44,982 nucleotides of DNA, from UHGV virus genome UHGV-0308808; one strand, written 5' to 3'. This document shows, one piece after another, positions 8,953 to 17,002 of this stretch. The notes beneath the pieces are model-generated. The model saw nothing but the letters and a program-made list of their open reading frames with translations. It searched no databases and was not told the DNA's origin. Position 1 is the stretch's first letter. Each line of letters starts with the position of its first letter. The translations under genes and the position numbers were made by a program. This stretch comes from a virus.

Positions 8953-8972
8953 AAATGCTAATTAGCATTTTT
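8953..8972. promoter_or_regulatory. 20-bp perfect palindrome AAAATGCTAATTAGCATTTT, copy c of the GCTAATTAGC core
   Basis: Read directly. It lies upstream of the repressor-like gene. Confidence 0.45.
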
Positions 8973-9010
8973 TAAAATAAAAAAAGACCCCGTAGGGTAT
9001 GAGGTCAGAA

Positions 9011-9118
9011 TTATCTGTACTTTCTAATCAACCATATCACAACGATAAGAAGCAATCCACCTAGAAGAATTGCTCCACCATCAAAGATGATAGTTAGTTG
9101 CTCGATTGTTACAGTCAT
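9011..9118 (-). CDS. small hydrophobic peptide (35 aa), type I toxin-like; not in the ORF track
   Basis: MTVTIEQLTIIFDGGAILLGGLLLIVVIWLIRKYR has one TM helix and a basic C-terminus. The RBS AAGGAGG lies 7 nt upstream of the ATG. Confidence 0.35.
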   Translation of the reverse strand: MTVTIEQLTIIFDGGAILLGGLLLIVVIWLIRKYR

Positions 9119-9291
9119 TTCTGTACCTCCTTAAATATTTGTTTGTCTACCTTGCTTAAGGGCAGAATAAAAGCCCCAATAAATTATTAGGGCTAATATT
9201 CTAAGCTTAATCAAACAAACATTTAAGTACCCATACGGGTTCTAGGTAATTAAATTATAGCAAGTTTTTGACAAAAAGTCAAATTGTGATT

Positions 9292-9365
9292 AATCTACTG
9301 AATAGAGTGTCCTAGAGTTAAATAAGACTTGGCAGTCGGTCTAGGATGCTCTCTTGAGTAGATTA
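9292..9365 (+). repeat. 74-bp direct repeat, copy 1. It is internally an imperfect hairpin (ATCTACTGAATAGAGTGTCCTAG ... CTAGGATGCTCTCTTGAGTAGAT).
   Basis: 72/74 identical to 11478-11551. Confidence 0.8.
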
Positions 9366-9391
9366 CTCAAATACTAAAAAGGTGGTGTCTT

Positions 9392-9637
9392 ATGAAAAAA
9401 TGGATTAGAAAATCCTTGATAAGAAAATTAAATAATTTTAAGGGATTAACTCCAGCTAATGTACATAGAGTAGAAACTACAACTATTACATTTTTAAATG
9501 ATAATAGAATAGTTAAAATCTGCACTATTAAAGATGATGAAGTTATTCTCATTCCTAAAAAAATTTCTAATATTATGGTATCCAGTAGATTTTTTGCTAT
9601 TAGAGATATTTTAAAAAATTTTTTTAATCAAAAATAA
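9392..9637 (+). CDS. hypothetical protein
   Basis: 81-aa ORF. The RBS AAAGGTGGTG lies upstream. Confidence 0.4.
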   Translation: MKKWIRKSLIRKLNNFKGLTPANVHRVETTTITFLNDNRIVKICTIKDDEVILIPKKISNIMVSSRFFAIRDILKNFFNQK

Positions 9638-9668
9638 ATAGTATTATATTTCTTTAAGTGGAGGATAT

Positions 9669-10031
9669 ATGAAAAAAAATAGAAATAAAAATAGAGAGCT
9701 ATTAATTTTAGGTAGAACTAAAAAAATAGTTTTAAAAAATAGCATTTCTTTTTTAAATGAAGTAAAAGAGGATAAGAGAAAATTTTATAATAGAAAAAAT
9801 ACAGAAACATTTTGGGATTTTCAAATAGCAGTAGCTAGGTGTCTAATAATTTACAAAAAAAGAATAATAAAACATAAATATTCCTGTATTTCTAAAAAAC
9901 GTATAAAGAAACAAAAGGGAATAAAATTAAAAAATAATTATTATTCTACTCAAGCTAAATTAACAAGTTTTTATATAAGCAGAGTTATGAACTTTATTAA
10001 CCAAAATTCACAAGGAGTTTATTATGAATAA
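9669..10031 (+). CDS. hypothetical lysine-rich protein
   Basis: 120-aa ORF. The RBS GGAGGA lies upstream. Confidence 0.35.
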   Translation: MKKNRNKNRELLILGRTKKIVLKNSISFLNEVKEDKRKFYNRKNTETFWDFQIAVARCLIIYKKRIIKHKYSCISKKRIKKQKGIKLKNNYYSTQAKLTSFYISRVMNFINQNSQGVYYE

Positions 10032-10264
10032 AGATTACTTGAATTATTTTATTTTTACTACATTTGAGCAAATTATTTACCAAATAATAGTTGTTATTAT
10101 CCTTGATTATTTATTATCAAAAAAATAAACCTTGCTCAATTAGCAAAGTTTATTCAATTTATTATTATTTTTGTATATTTTTACTCAATTGTATCCTTAT
10201 TAACTTATTTTGGAATTTTTATACTTGCATTTCTTAGCCATAATTATAGCTAAGAAATGAATGC

Positions 10265-11437
10265 TTAATCTTTATTTTCGGAAATATTTAGAATTACTTT
10301 AGCTTTATTTTTTTGTAAATCAATTTTATATTTTCCCATAAGAATAGAAGCCTTATAGTTTTTAGAATTAACAAAATTATCATAAAGAAAATTTAATTTA
10401 CTTAATATTGTACTATTTATTCTGAGGAAATTACATTCTGGATCCAAAACAAGAAAAGCTCTACTCATATCAGATAAGAATTTTTCATAATTTTCATCTG
10501 TATTATCTTCTGATACTATTGTAACTTTTGATAAATTTTGACTTTTAATATCAAAAGTATACTTAACATAATTTTTTTGTTTTGCTGGGATTATAAAATC
10601 AACAGTTGTTTTATTAACTTTTTCTAAATAATCCGCATTATCTATATCTCCCATACTTAAACGAGAATAATTTAATCTTTCTGGAAATTGTTTAATTGAA
10701 ATACTAAATGGATATATGTCATCTATCTCCTTTATTTTCAAGTCTGATAATGAGATATCTCCTGCTATATATTTTTCTATTTGAGATAACTGGTTTTCAT
10801 CAAAGTTTAAATTGTTTGAATAAAATGCGACATTAGAAATCTTACTATCATTTTCTTCTAAATAAAGAGTTCCAAAAGTTTGATTTCTATTATTGACAAT
10901 ATAATAAATATAAGTATTATCCTTTTTTTCTGAAGGATTTCCTAATTTAGAAAATATCTCATTTAATGAAGTTCCAACTTTTATTGGAGTTATATTTGAA
11001 ATTTGATTAATACCTAATTTACCAATAATATTTTTACTCAAAGTTAAATTATAATATTTCATTTGAGGATATAGAGCTTGAATTTCAAAATCATTTTTTC
11101 CTAATTTATTAATATTGTAATACAACTGAAAATTATTAGCATCTTTCTCAGGTCTTTTTTGAGTAAATGGAAATTTGAATGTAAAAAAATAATTTTCATA
11201 GTCTGGATTCTTCATAATTAAGTCTTCTGCAATATTTTTTAATTGCTCTTCTGTAGGAAGATTATTTTCAAATAGATTTAGAGAAACTATACCTTGTAAT
11301 TTTACTGAATTAGCTCTTTCCTGATAATAGTCATATGGAATAACTATTTTAGTATCAGGTACTTGAGATTTTTTCTCTTCATCTCCACATCCTAATAATA
11401 AACAAATAAAACAAATAAACAACGCGATTTTTTTCAT
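10265..11437 (-). CDS. lipoprotein (lipobox LLGCG), moron-like
   Basis: The N-terminus MKKIALFICFICLLLGCGDE is a signal peptide with a lipobox Cys. The gene is flanked by the 74-bp direct repeats. Confidence 0.6.
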   Translation of the reverse strand: MKKIALFICFICLLLGCGDEEKKSQVPDTKIVIPYDYYQERANSVKLQGIVSLNLFENNLPTEEQLKNIAEDLIMKNPDYENYFFTFKFPFTQKRPEKDANNFQLYYNINKLGKNDFEIQALYPQMKYYNLTLSKNIIGKLGINQISNITPIKVGTSLNEIFSKLGNPSEKKDNTYIYYIVNNRNQTFGTLYLEENDSKISNVAFYSNNLNFDENQLSQIEKYIAGDISLSDLKIKEIDDIYPFSISIKQFPERLNYSRLSMGDIDNADYLEKVNKTTVDFIIPAKQKNYVKYTFDIKSQNLSKVTIVSEDNTDENYEKFLSDMSRAFLVLDPECNFLRINSTILSKLNFLYDNFVNSKNYKASILMGKYKIDLQKNKAKVILNISENKD

Positions 11438-11477
11438 AAAAAATCTCCCCTTATAAAAAATATTTATTCAATAGCAT

Positions 11478-11551
11478 AATCTACTGAATAGAGTGTCCTA
11501 GAGTTAAAAAAGACTTGGCGGTCGGTCTAGGATGCTCTCTTGAGTAGATTA
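11478..11551 (+). repeat. 74-bp direct repeat, copy 2
   Basis: 72/74 identical to 9292-9365. Confidence 0.8.
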
Positions 11552-11776
11552 GTTCTGTGAAGTTTCTTCATCTGGGATATACTCGATTATATCTGTAATT
11601 TGACAATTAAAAAATTTACATAGTTTTGCAACTGTTTCAAAACTTACAGTTTCAAGTCTATCTCCATTATAAATTTTTCTTAAAGTTTCACGGCTAATAT
11701 TTACCTGTCTTGATAATTCAGTAACATTTTTAATTTTTTTATCAAGCATAATGTAACCAAGATTAGATTTTAGCAT
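11549..11776 (-). CDS. XRE-family HTH transcriptional regulator (repressor-like), divergent from the plus-strand early operon
   Basis: 75 aa. HTH segment: IKNVTELSRQVNISRETLRKI...VSFETVAKLCKFFNCQITDI. Confidence 0.65.
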   Translation of the reverse strand: MLKSNLGYIMLDKKIKNVTELSRQVNISRETLRKIYNGDRLETVSFETVAKLCKFFNCQITDIIEYIPDEETSQN

Positions 11777-11872
11777 AAATACCCCCTTTTATAATTTGTG
11801 CTTTTAATAATTATAACATAACTTTTTCTAAATCAATAATATTTTTTGCCTACTATAATAAGCAAAAATATA

Positions 11873-11902
11873 TTGACAATAGCATTTATAATATGCTAAA
11901 AT
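11873..11902 (+). promoter_or_regulatory. sigma70-like promoter (TTGACA, 18-bp spacer, TGcTAAAAT extended -10) for the rightward early operon. A 19-bp palindrome TAGCAT-TTATAAT-ATGCTA (11880-11898) overlaps it as a candidate operator.
   Basis: Read directly. The palindrome uses the same ATGCTA/TAGCAT hexamers as the AAAATGCTAATTAGCATTTT sites. Confidence 0.45.
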
Positions 11903-12040
11903 CAAAACATAAGATGTAAAAAGTTAATTATAATTAGTTTTTTACAAATTATAGTTATAATTAAAAATTTGAAAAATTATATAAAATAGCAGAAAAATTT
12001 TACAGAAAGGGGGTGCTAACAAATTACTTAGGAGGATGTT

Positions 12041-12280
12041 ATGAATAGAAAAACTTTTACAACAATTAAAAAAGCTGAGGAGGAAAAAATTTTAAAATTA
12101 AGCTCTTCTGAAAAAGTTGAACATGTCAATCAAAGTTTGTGTGATTTAATGCACTCACACAAGGGAGATACTCAACTTTTTAAAGCTTTATTTGATATTA
12201 CTGCTGAATTTCTAGCTGCTGTTGATGAAGTGAAAAGTGATTACTTTGAGTTAGGTAGAATTTATAAAGATGTTGAATAG
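12041..12280 (+). CDS. hypothetical protein
   Basis: 79 aa. RBS is AGGAGGA. Confidence 0.45.
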   Translation: MNRKTFTTIKKAEEEKILKLSSSEKVEHVNQSLCDLMHSHKGDTQLFKALFDITAEFLAAVDEVKSDYFELGRIYKDVE

Positions 12281-12293
12281 TAGTAATAAAAAA

Positions 12294-12315
12294 AGAGCAA
12301 CCTGCACGTTGCTCT
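12294..12315 (+). terminator. weak stem-loop AGAGCAAC-ctgcac-GTTGCTCT
   Basis: 8-bp stem after the 12280 stop, with no clear T-tract following. Confidence 0.25.
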
Positions 12316-12449
12316 CTCATCAGACATATAACTTAACCTAAGAAATAATGAGGACTAACTCATCTGCTATATGCCACTTATGTATTAAGTGTAGCATAAT
12401 TTATATAATAAATCAAATTTTTTTATCAAACTTTATTGGAGGTAAAAAA

Positions 12450-12557
12450 ATGGTAACAAATTATGCTCAATTACAAGAATTAATAAAAAAATATGGAAAA
12501 GATTTCCCTTTAGAAAAGGCTTTAGAGTTAGCTAAGGCTGGTGGTTTAGATGACTAA
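12450..12557 (+). CDS. small hypothetical protein (35 aa). The start is re-assigned from 12348 to the ATG preceded by GGAGGT.
   Basis: The RBS GGAGGTAAAAAAATG is convincing, whereas the upstream part of the 69-aa track ORF has no RBS. Confidence 0.35.
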   Translation: MVTNYAQLQELIKKYGKDFPLEKALELAKAGGLDD

Positions 12558-12780
12558 GGTATTCGATTCCGTTATATTTATAGTATGCAATCCAGATGGT
12601 GTTCCTATGAAAGCTTATACTAGAGAACAGTCTGCTAAAGACCATCTAGTTAAAGAAATGATGGAAAGAGGAGAGAGATTTTCTATTGAGCTTGTAAATT
12701 TGGATGTAGATTTAGACTTTGCTAAAAGAGCTAAATTTACTCTAGATGGAATCCCGTTAAAAGAGAAAAAGAAAAAATAA
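12550..12780 (+). CDS. hypothetical protein
   Basis: 76-aa ORF. Confidence 0.4.
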   Translation: MTKVFDSVIFIVCNPDGVPMKAYTREQSAKDHLVKEMMERGERFSIELVNLDVDLDFAKRAKFTLDGIPLKEKKKK

Positions 12781-12790
12781 GGAGGTTGAA

Positions 12791-13936
12791 GTGGAAAGAA
12801 TAAAATATACAATTGCTTCTGTGCAACAAGAAAAATTAATAGAACTTGATTTAGATATAAAAGATGCTTTCATTCTTTCATATCTAAAAGATACCATAGG
12901 AGCTAATAGTAAGTTCATTTCCAAGGTAGTAGACAATGAAATCTACTATTGGATTAAATATTCTAGTCTTATTGCTTACCTTCCTATTTTGAAGATAGAG
13001 AATGAAAAAGTTATAGCCAGAAGATTTTCAGAGTATGAAAAACTTGGGTTAATAAAAAGACATATTCACAAGGTTACCAACAAGATTACTAAAGCCTTTG
13101 TGGGTAATTATACTTTTATAAATTTAACAGATAAATTTTCAGAGCTATTTGAAGAGAATAAAATTGAAACTGATGTTGATGAGCTTGAAAAAGCTGCTAA
13201 AGAAATGGGGTTGAGTATTGAAAATAACCGAGAGAATTTTTCAGTACCTTCGGGTGAGCCGAGAGAACTTTTTAGTTCCTTCGGAGAAAATGGTGAGAAC
13301 TCCCAAAATATCGACATTTCAGATGAAATTTTTTTAAAGAGCCGAGGGTACTCAAAAGTTCCTTGTACCGAGGGTACTCAAAAGTTCCGCTATAATACTA
13401 CTATTAATAATACTAATATCAATAATAATACTACTACTAAGTTAGATAACCTAAATAAGATAGACCAAGAAGTTGAAGTTAGTAAAAAAATTAGTAGTAG
13501 TTCTAGTTTAAAAAATTTAGATAAAGATACTCTTTATCAAATTAAATCTGCTTTACATAGTCATGGTTTAACTGTTCCTACTTGTAAAAATATCATGACT
13601 TTGGTTGAACAAGGTAGTGTTGGTTTGGAGAGAATAAAGCTCGTTCTTATGACAGCTCAGTTAAAAAAATGGGATGATGGTGCTGTCTATCAAGCCTTGA
13701 GAGATAATTGGGAGATTAAAGCTGAAATTTCTCCTGCTGCTCCAGAGGATATGGAAGCTAAAATCAAATGGCTTAAATATTTTTCTGGTATCTATTCAGA
13801 TAAAGAATTGAGAAGTGAAATTGAAAAAATAATAATAAATATCCCTTTAGAAACTTTAAACAAAAATAAAAGCAAATTATCTAAGATGACTGTATTTGAA
13901 TTTAAGAGTCATCTATCTAGTTTAAAAGGAGCTTAA
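12791..13936 (+). CDS. putative replication initiator / replisome-organizer-like protein with an internal origin (iterons)
   Basis: 381 aa. The RBS AAGGAGGT lies upstream. Direct and inverted iterons sit inside the ORF at 13232-13388. The gene is followed by par genes. Confidence 0.5.
   Translation: MERIKYTIASVQQEKLIELDLDIKDAFILSYLKDTIGANSKFISKVVDNEIYYWIKYSSLIAYLPILKIENEKVIARRFSEYEKLGLIKRHIHKVTNKITKAFVGNYTFINLTDKFSELFEENKIETDVDELEKAAKEMGLSIENNRENFSVPSGEPRELFSSFGENGENSQNIDISDEIFLKSRGYSKVPCTEGTQKFRYNTTINNTNINNNTTTKLDNLNKIDQEVEVSKKISSSSSLKNLDKDTLYQIKSALHSHGLTVPTCKNIMTLVEQGSVGLERIKLVLMTAQLKKWDDGAVYQALRDNWEIKAEISPAAPEDMEAKIKWLKYFSGIYSDKELRSEIEKIIINIPLETLNKNKSKLSKMTVFEFKSHLSSLKGA
13232..13388 (+). 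repeat. iteron cluster (candidate ori). It holds two perfect 21-bp direct repeats CCGAGGGTACTCAAAAGTTCC (13342-13362 and 13368-13388), with a 26-bp period. It also holds two related 23-bp repeats GAGAAtTTTTcAGTaCCTTCGGg / GAGAAcTTTTtAGTtCCTTCGGa (13232-13254 and 13262-13284). The GTACC(T/C)TCGG motif occurs in both orientations.
   Basis: Read directly in the sequence. Confidence 0.6.
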
Positions 13937-14164
13937 ATGTCAATAAAAATTTCTGTAGAAAATTATAATAAAATTCATGAATTGTGTGATGAGTTAGGAA
14001 TTGATTCAGATAGATATAATTCTATCAAAGGTGACTTAGCTGGAAAATTAATCCTTGATTTAGTGAAGCTAAAAATGTTTCATCAAGGCGACTTAGCTGC
14101 TGGGAGAATTTTAGCTCCCATTCCAGCTGATTACATGGAAGGTGGTAAATATGACTGTAGATAA
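13937..14164 (+). CDS. hypothetical protein
   Basis: 75-aa ORF. Confidence 0.4.
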   Translation: MSIKISVENYNKIHELCDELGIDSDRYNSIKGDLAGKLILDLVKLKMFHQGDLAAGRILAPIPADYMEGGKYDCR

Positions 14165-14483
14165 TTTCTTTAAAGAAATTTCTTTTATGAATAGTTTTTT
14201 ATTAGATGTTCATGATCATGAAATTGATTTTCTTTTTAATCTGGCAGATAAATACAAAGTTAATAAACTTGAGTTGGCTCATCATATCTTAGATTATAGA
14301 GAAAAATATGTTAAAAGACCTAAGGTTTGTAGAAAAGTAATAGATTTAGAAACTGGATTTGAATATAGAGATATAAAAACTTATACCGAAGCTTTCGGTT
14401 TGGATTATCAAAAAGGTTATAGATTAGTAATGAATAATCCTAACAAATTTAAATTAGTAGAAATAGATAATGGAAGAATTTAA
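14142..14483 (+). CDS. hypothetical protein
   Basis: 113-aa ORF. Confidence 0.4.
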   Translation: MVNMTVDNFFKEISFMNSFLLDVHDHEIDFLFNLADKYKVNKLELAHHILDYREKYVKRPKVCRKVIDLETGFEYRDIKTYTEAFGLDYQKGYRLVMNNPNKFKLVEIDNGRI

Positions 14484-14501
14484 TTATTGGAGGGGAGTTA
14501 A

Positions 14502-14810
14502 ATGCTATTTAGAGATTTGTTTGAGAAATATAAAGATAAAATAATTGATTTCAAAGTTTTTCATCCTGCTTTTTATTTTCATGAGTATGATGTTGCAGAT
14601 AAATTTTTATTACAGATATTCAGTGAAAGTTCGATGCCAAGTTTGGCATTTGATAACACTATCTTTCTTCTAGAAAATGAAGATTTAGTAATAGAAGAAA
14701 CAGAATCTGAAAGAAAAATAAAAAGAGGAAAAGAATATGTAGAAATGATATTTAGAATTAGCCAAGATAGAAGAGTGAAGGTACAGTTGGAGGGAGATAT
14801 AAATGAGTAG
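14502..14810 (+). CDS. hypothetical protein
   Basis: 102 aa. The RBS GGAGGGGAG lies upstream. Confidence 0.4.
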   Translation: MLFRDLFEKYKDKIIDFKVFHPAFYFHEYDVADKFLLQIFSESSMPSLAFDNTIFLLENEDLVIEETESERKIKRGKEYVEMIFRISQDRRVKVQLEGDINE

Positions 14811-15495
14811 AGTGGTTCTAATCAAAGCAAATAAAGGAGGAGTTGGAAAATCTTGGATAACTCTTCAGTTAGCACATAAAGCTGCTCTTGATGGAAATAA
14901 AGTTATAATAATTACTTCTGATAGTCAAAATAATATTTTGGATTTTAGTGGGAATGGTAGTCTTACTCCACTAGGGTTAGATGAATGGCTTAAAAGTGGT
15001 AATGGTGGGTTCACAGAGTTAAGAAAAAACCTTTATTATATCCCATTTCACTCGGCTGTACTTCCAGAGGAATTAGAAGTAAGATTTGAGAGTTTTATCA
15101 ATGTTTTAAAAGGAGAGTTTGATTATATCTTCATTGATTCTACACCTGTGTTGAACTTGGATAAAAAATTTATAGACTTAGCAGATGAAGTAGTTATCCC
15201 AACTTTCCTTGATCAAGTAACTTTAGGTTCTATAATTACTTTAATGGAGCAAATAAGTCCTAAAAGTAAAGTTAAAGCTATTATTCCAAATCGTACTGGG
15301 AGAACCAAGCTTGAGAGAGAGTACTATGATAATTTAAAGAAGATTGTTTCTCAAAATATTTTACTTTCTGTTCCTATAAAACAAAGTTCTTTCATTTCAA
15401 AAGCTATTGATGAAGGAAAAACAATTTGGGAATACAGAGCAAAAGATGCTGTGACACTTCAAGAATTATTTTTACAGGTTCTGGAGGTGTTATGA
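14803..15495 (+). CDS. parA: ParA/MinD-family partition ATPase
   Basis: The deviant Walker A KGGVGKS appears in the sequence LIKANKGGVGKSWITLQLA. Length is 230 aa. Confidence 0.8.
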   Translation: MSRVVLIKANKGGVGKSWITLQLAHKAALDGNKVIIITSDSQNNILDFSGNGSLTPLGLDEWLKSGNGGFTELRKNLYYIPFHSAVLPEELEVRFESFINVLKGEFDYIFIDSTPVLNLDKKFIDLADEVVIPTFLDQVTLGSIITLMEQISPKSKVKAIIPNRTGRTKLEREYYDNLKKIVSQNILLSVPIKQSSFISKAIDEGKTIWEYRAKDAVTLQELFLQVLEVL

Positions 15496-16439
15496 TGTCA
15501 AATAAATTAGCTATGTTTGATAAATTAAAAAATACTATGCAGGAAGTAGAATGGCATTCAACTTTTGATTTCGAGAGTTACGAAATCAATGCAGAAGATA
15601 AAGCCTTCATTGAAAAAAAAGAGGAACTTATTTCAAATAGTTTTAAGAGATATAGTTCTTCCAAATATGATATCTGTATGGCACTTGTGGAAGTTAAAAT
15701 AAAACTTCAAAAAGCTAAAGAGGGTAGCTTCATGGCTTGGTATAGTCATCTTGGATTTACTAAAGATAAGGTAAGTGAGTTGCTAAAAACTTATGAGTTA
15801 TATATCCAAGCTCCCCACATGAAAGACTATATCAGTTCTCTATCTGGTGTAGCTGTTAGACTTCTAACTCATAAAGATGTTTCTCCTTTATTAGCTTTGG
15901 ATATTATGGAAAAAGGTGTGAAAAATATGGAGGATATAAGAGAGCTAATTGAATTGGCTCTTTCTCCAGAGGAACCTAAAAAGACTATTGAATACAAAGG
16001 CAGCATCTCCAAAAAATCTTTAGGAGCTATCAAAAGTATTGAAAAGCAGATAAAAAAATCATCCTCTCCTGCAGAACTAAGTTCAGCAAAAAAAGAGATT
16101 GAAGCTATGAAAAAACTTCTTTCTGAAATGGAAAAATCTATATCAGCTAAAGAGAAGGAATATGAAAATAAAAACAATCTAAAGCTTCCTACTGATGATA
16201 TTGTAGCTGAGGATGACTATGACAAATATGGTTCTTTTATAAATTTAAAAGGAAATGTATTTTTTATAAAGCTAGATACAGTTGGAAATTATGGTATTTA
16301 TGTAGCTTATAAGGATACTGATATAGATAGATCTCTAGCAAAGCCTTTAGATTTATGGTTCGATACTGAGGATGAAGCTTATGCAGCACTTATCAAATAT
16401 GCTAAAGATAATAAATTAGATCCTTGGGAGGCAAGATGA
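15492..16439 (+). CDS. putative partition partner (ParB-like/centromere-binding) protein. The start is re-assigned to ATGATG at 15492, after GGAGG.
   Basis: Sits immediately downstream of, and overlapping, parA. It has no recognisable catalytic motifs and a coiled-coil, lysine-rich C-terminal half. Confidence 0.35.
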   Translation: MMSNKLAMFDKLKNTMQEVEWHSTFDFESYEINAEDKAFIEKKEELISNSFKRYSSSKYDICMALVEVKIKLQKAKEGSFMAWYSHLGFTKDKVSELLKTYELYIQAPHMKDYISSLSGVAVRLLTHKDVSPLLALDIMEKGVKNMEDIRELIELALSPEEPKKTIEYKGSISKKSLGAIKSIEKQIKKSSSPAELSSAKKEIEAMKKLLSEMEKSISAKEKEYENKNNLKLPTDDIVAEDDYDKYGSFINLKGNVFFIKLDTVGNYGIYVAYKDTDIDRSLAKPLDLWFDTEDEAYAALIKYAKDNKLDPWEAR

Positions 16440-16530
16440 TAGCAAGATTAAAAAAATTACTTGGATATAAAATAAAATTTTATGGGAGATTTTAGAGGGA
16501 GCTTCCCTCTTCTCTCTCTTGGAGGAATAG

Positions 16531-16761
16531 ATGAGTAATACAGAATTTAGAAACTTACAAGTAGGAAAAACTTTTAAATCAGGAAATGTAATTTTAATTG
16601 TTGAAGAAGTTGATGCTTATGATTGTGAAGGTTGTATATTTCAATATAATATTTCAGATTGTAAATTTTTTCAAAAGAAAGGGATTATTCCAGAGTGTAG
16701 TTTTGATGAGAGAGAAGATAGAAAAAATATAATTTTTAAAGAGGTGAAAAATGACAGATAA
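16531..16761 (+). CDS. small Cys-rich protein, paralog 1
   Basis: MSNTEFRNLQVGKTFKSGN...CEGCIF...ISDCKFF...IIPECSF. It is a tandem paralog of the next ORF. Confidence 0.45.
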   Translation: MSNTEFRNLQVGKTFKSGNVILIVEEVDAYDCEGCIFQYNISDCKFFQKKGIIPECSFDEREDRKNIIFKEVKNDR

Positions 16762-17002
16762 AGAATTTAGAAATTTGGAAGTAGGAAAAAAATTTTCTTG
16801 TGGGAATAGGAAATTAAAAGTAGCAGAGTCAGCTTGGGAAGAATGTGGTGGCTGCATATTTGATGTTCCATTTATTTCTTGTGATGAATTGAAAGAATTG
16901 GGGATTATTCCTTGTTGCTATAAAAGTGAAAGAAAAGATGGAAAATATGTAGTATTTGAAGATGTAACAAATGAAGACATAGAACTAGAGGAGAGAATTT
17001 AA
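16751..17002 (+). CDS. small Cys-rich protein, paralog 2
   Basis: MTDKEFRNLEVGKKFSCGN...CGGCIF...ISCDEL...IIPCCY. It shares the same motifs as 16531..16761. Confidence 0.45.
   Translation: MTDKEFRNLEVGKKFSCGNRKLKVAESAWEECGGCIFDVPFISCDELKELGIIPCCYKSERKDGKYVVFEDVTNEDIELEERI

Noticed and set aside
8976-9240. Weak inverted similarity between CCCCGTAGGGTATG (8988) and CCCATACGGGTTC (9222) around the small-peptide locus
   Set aside because: Only ~9/13 positions match, which is too weak to call as terminal inverted repeats.
12348-12449. Upstream part of track ORF 12348..12557
   Set aside because: No RBS is present, whereas the internal ATG at 12450 follows GGAGGT.
15426-15491. Upstream part of track ORF 15426..16439
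   Set aside because: It overlaps the parA 3' end in another frame. The RBS GGAGG supports the ATGATG start at 15492.
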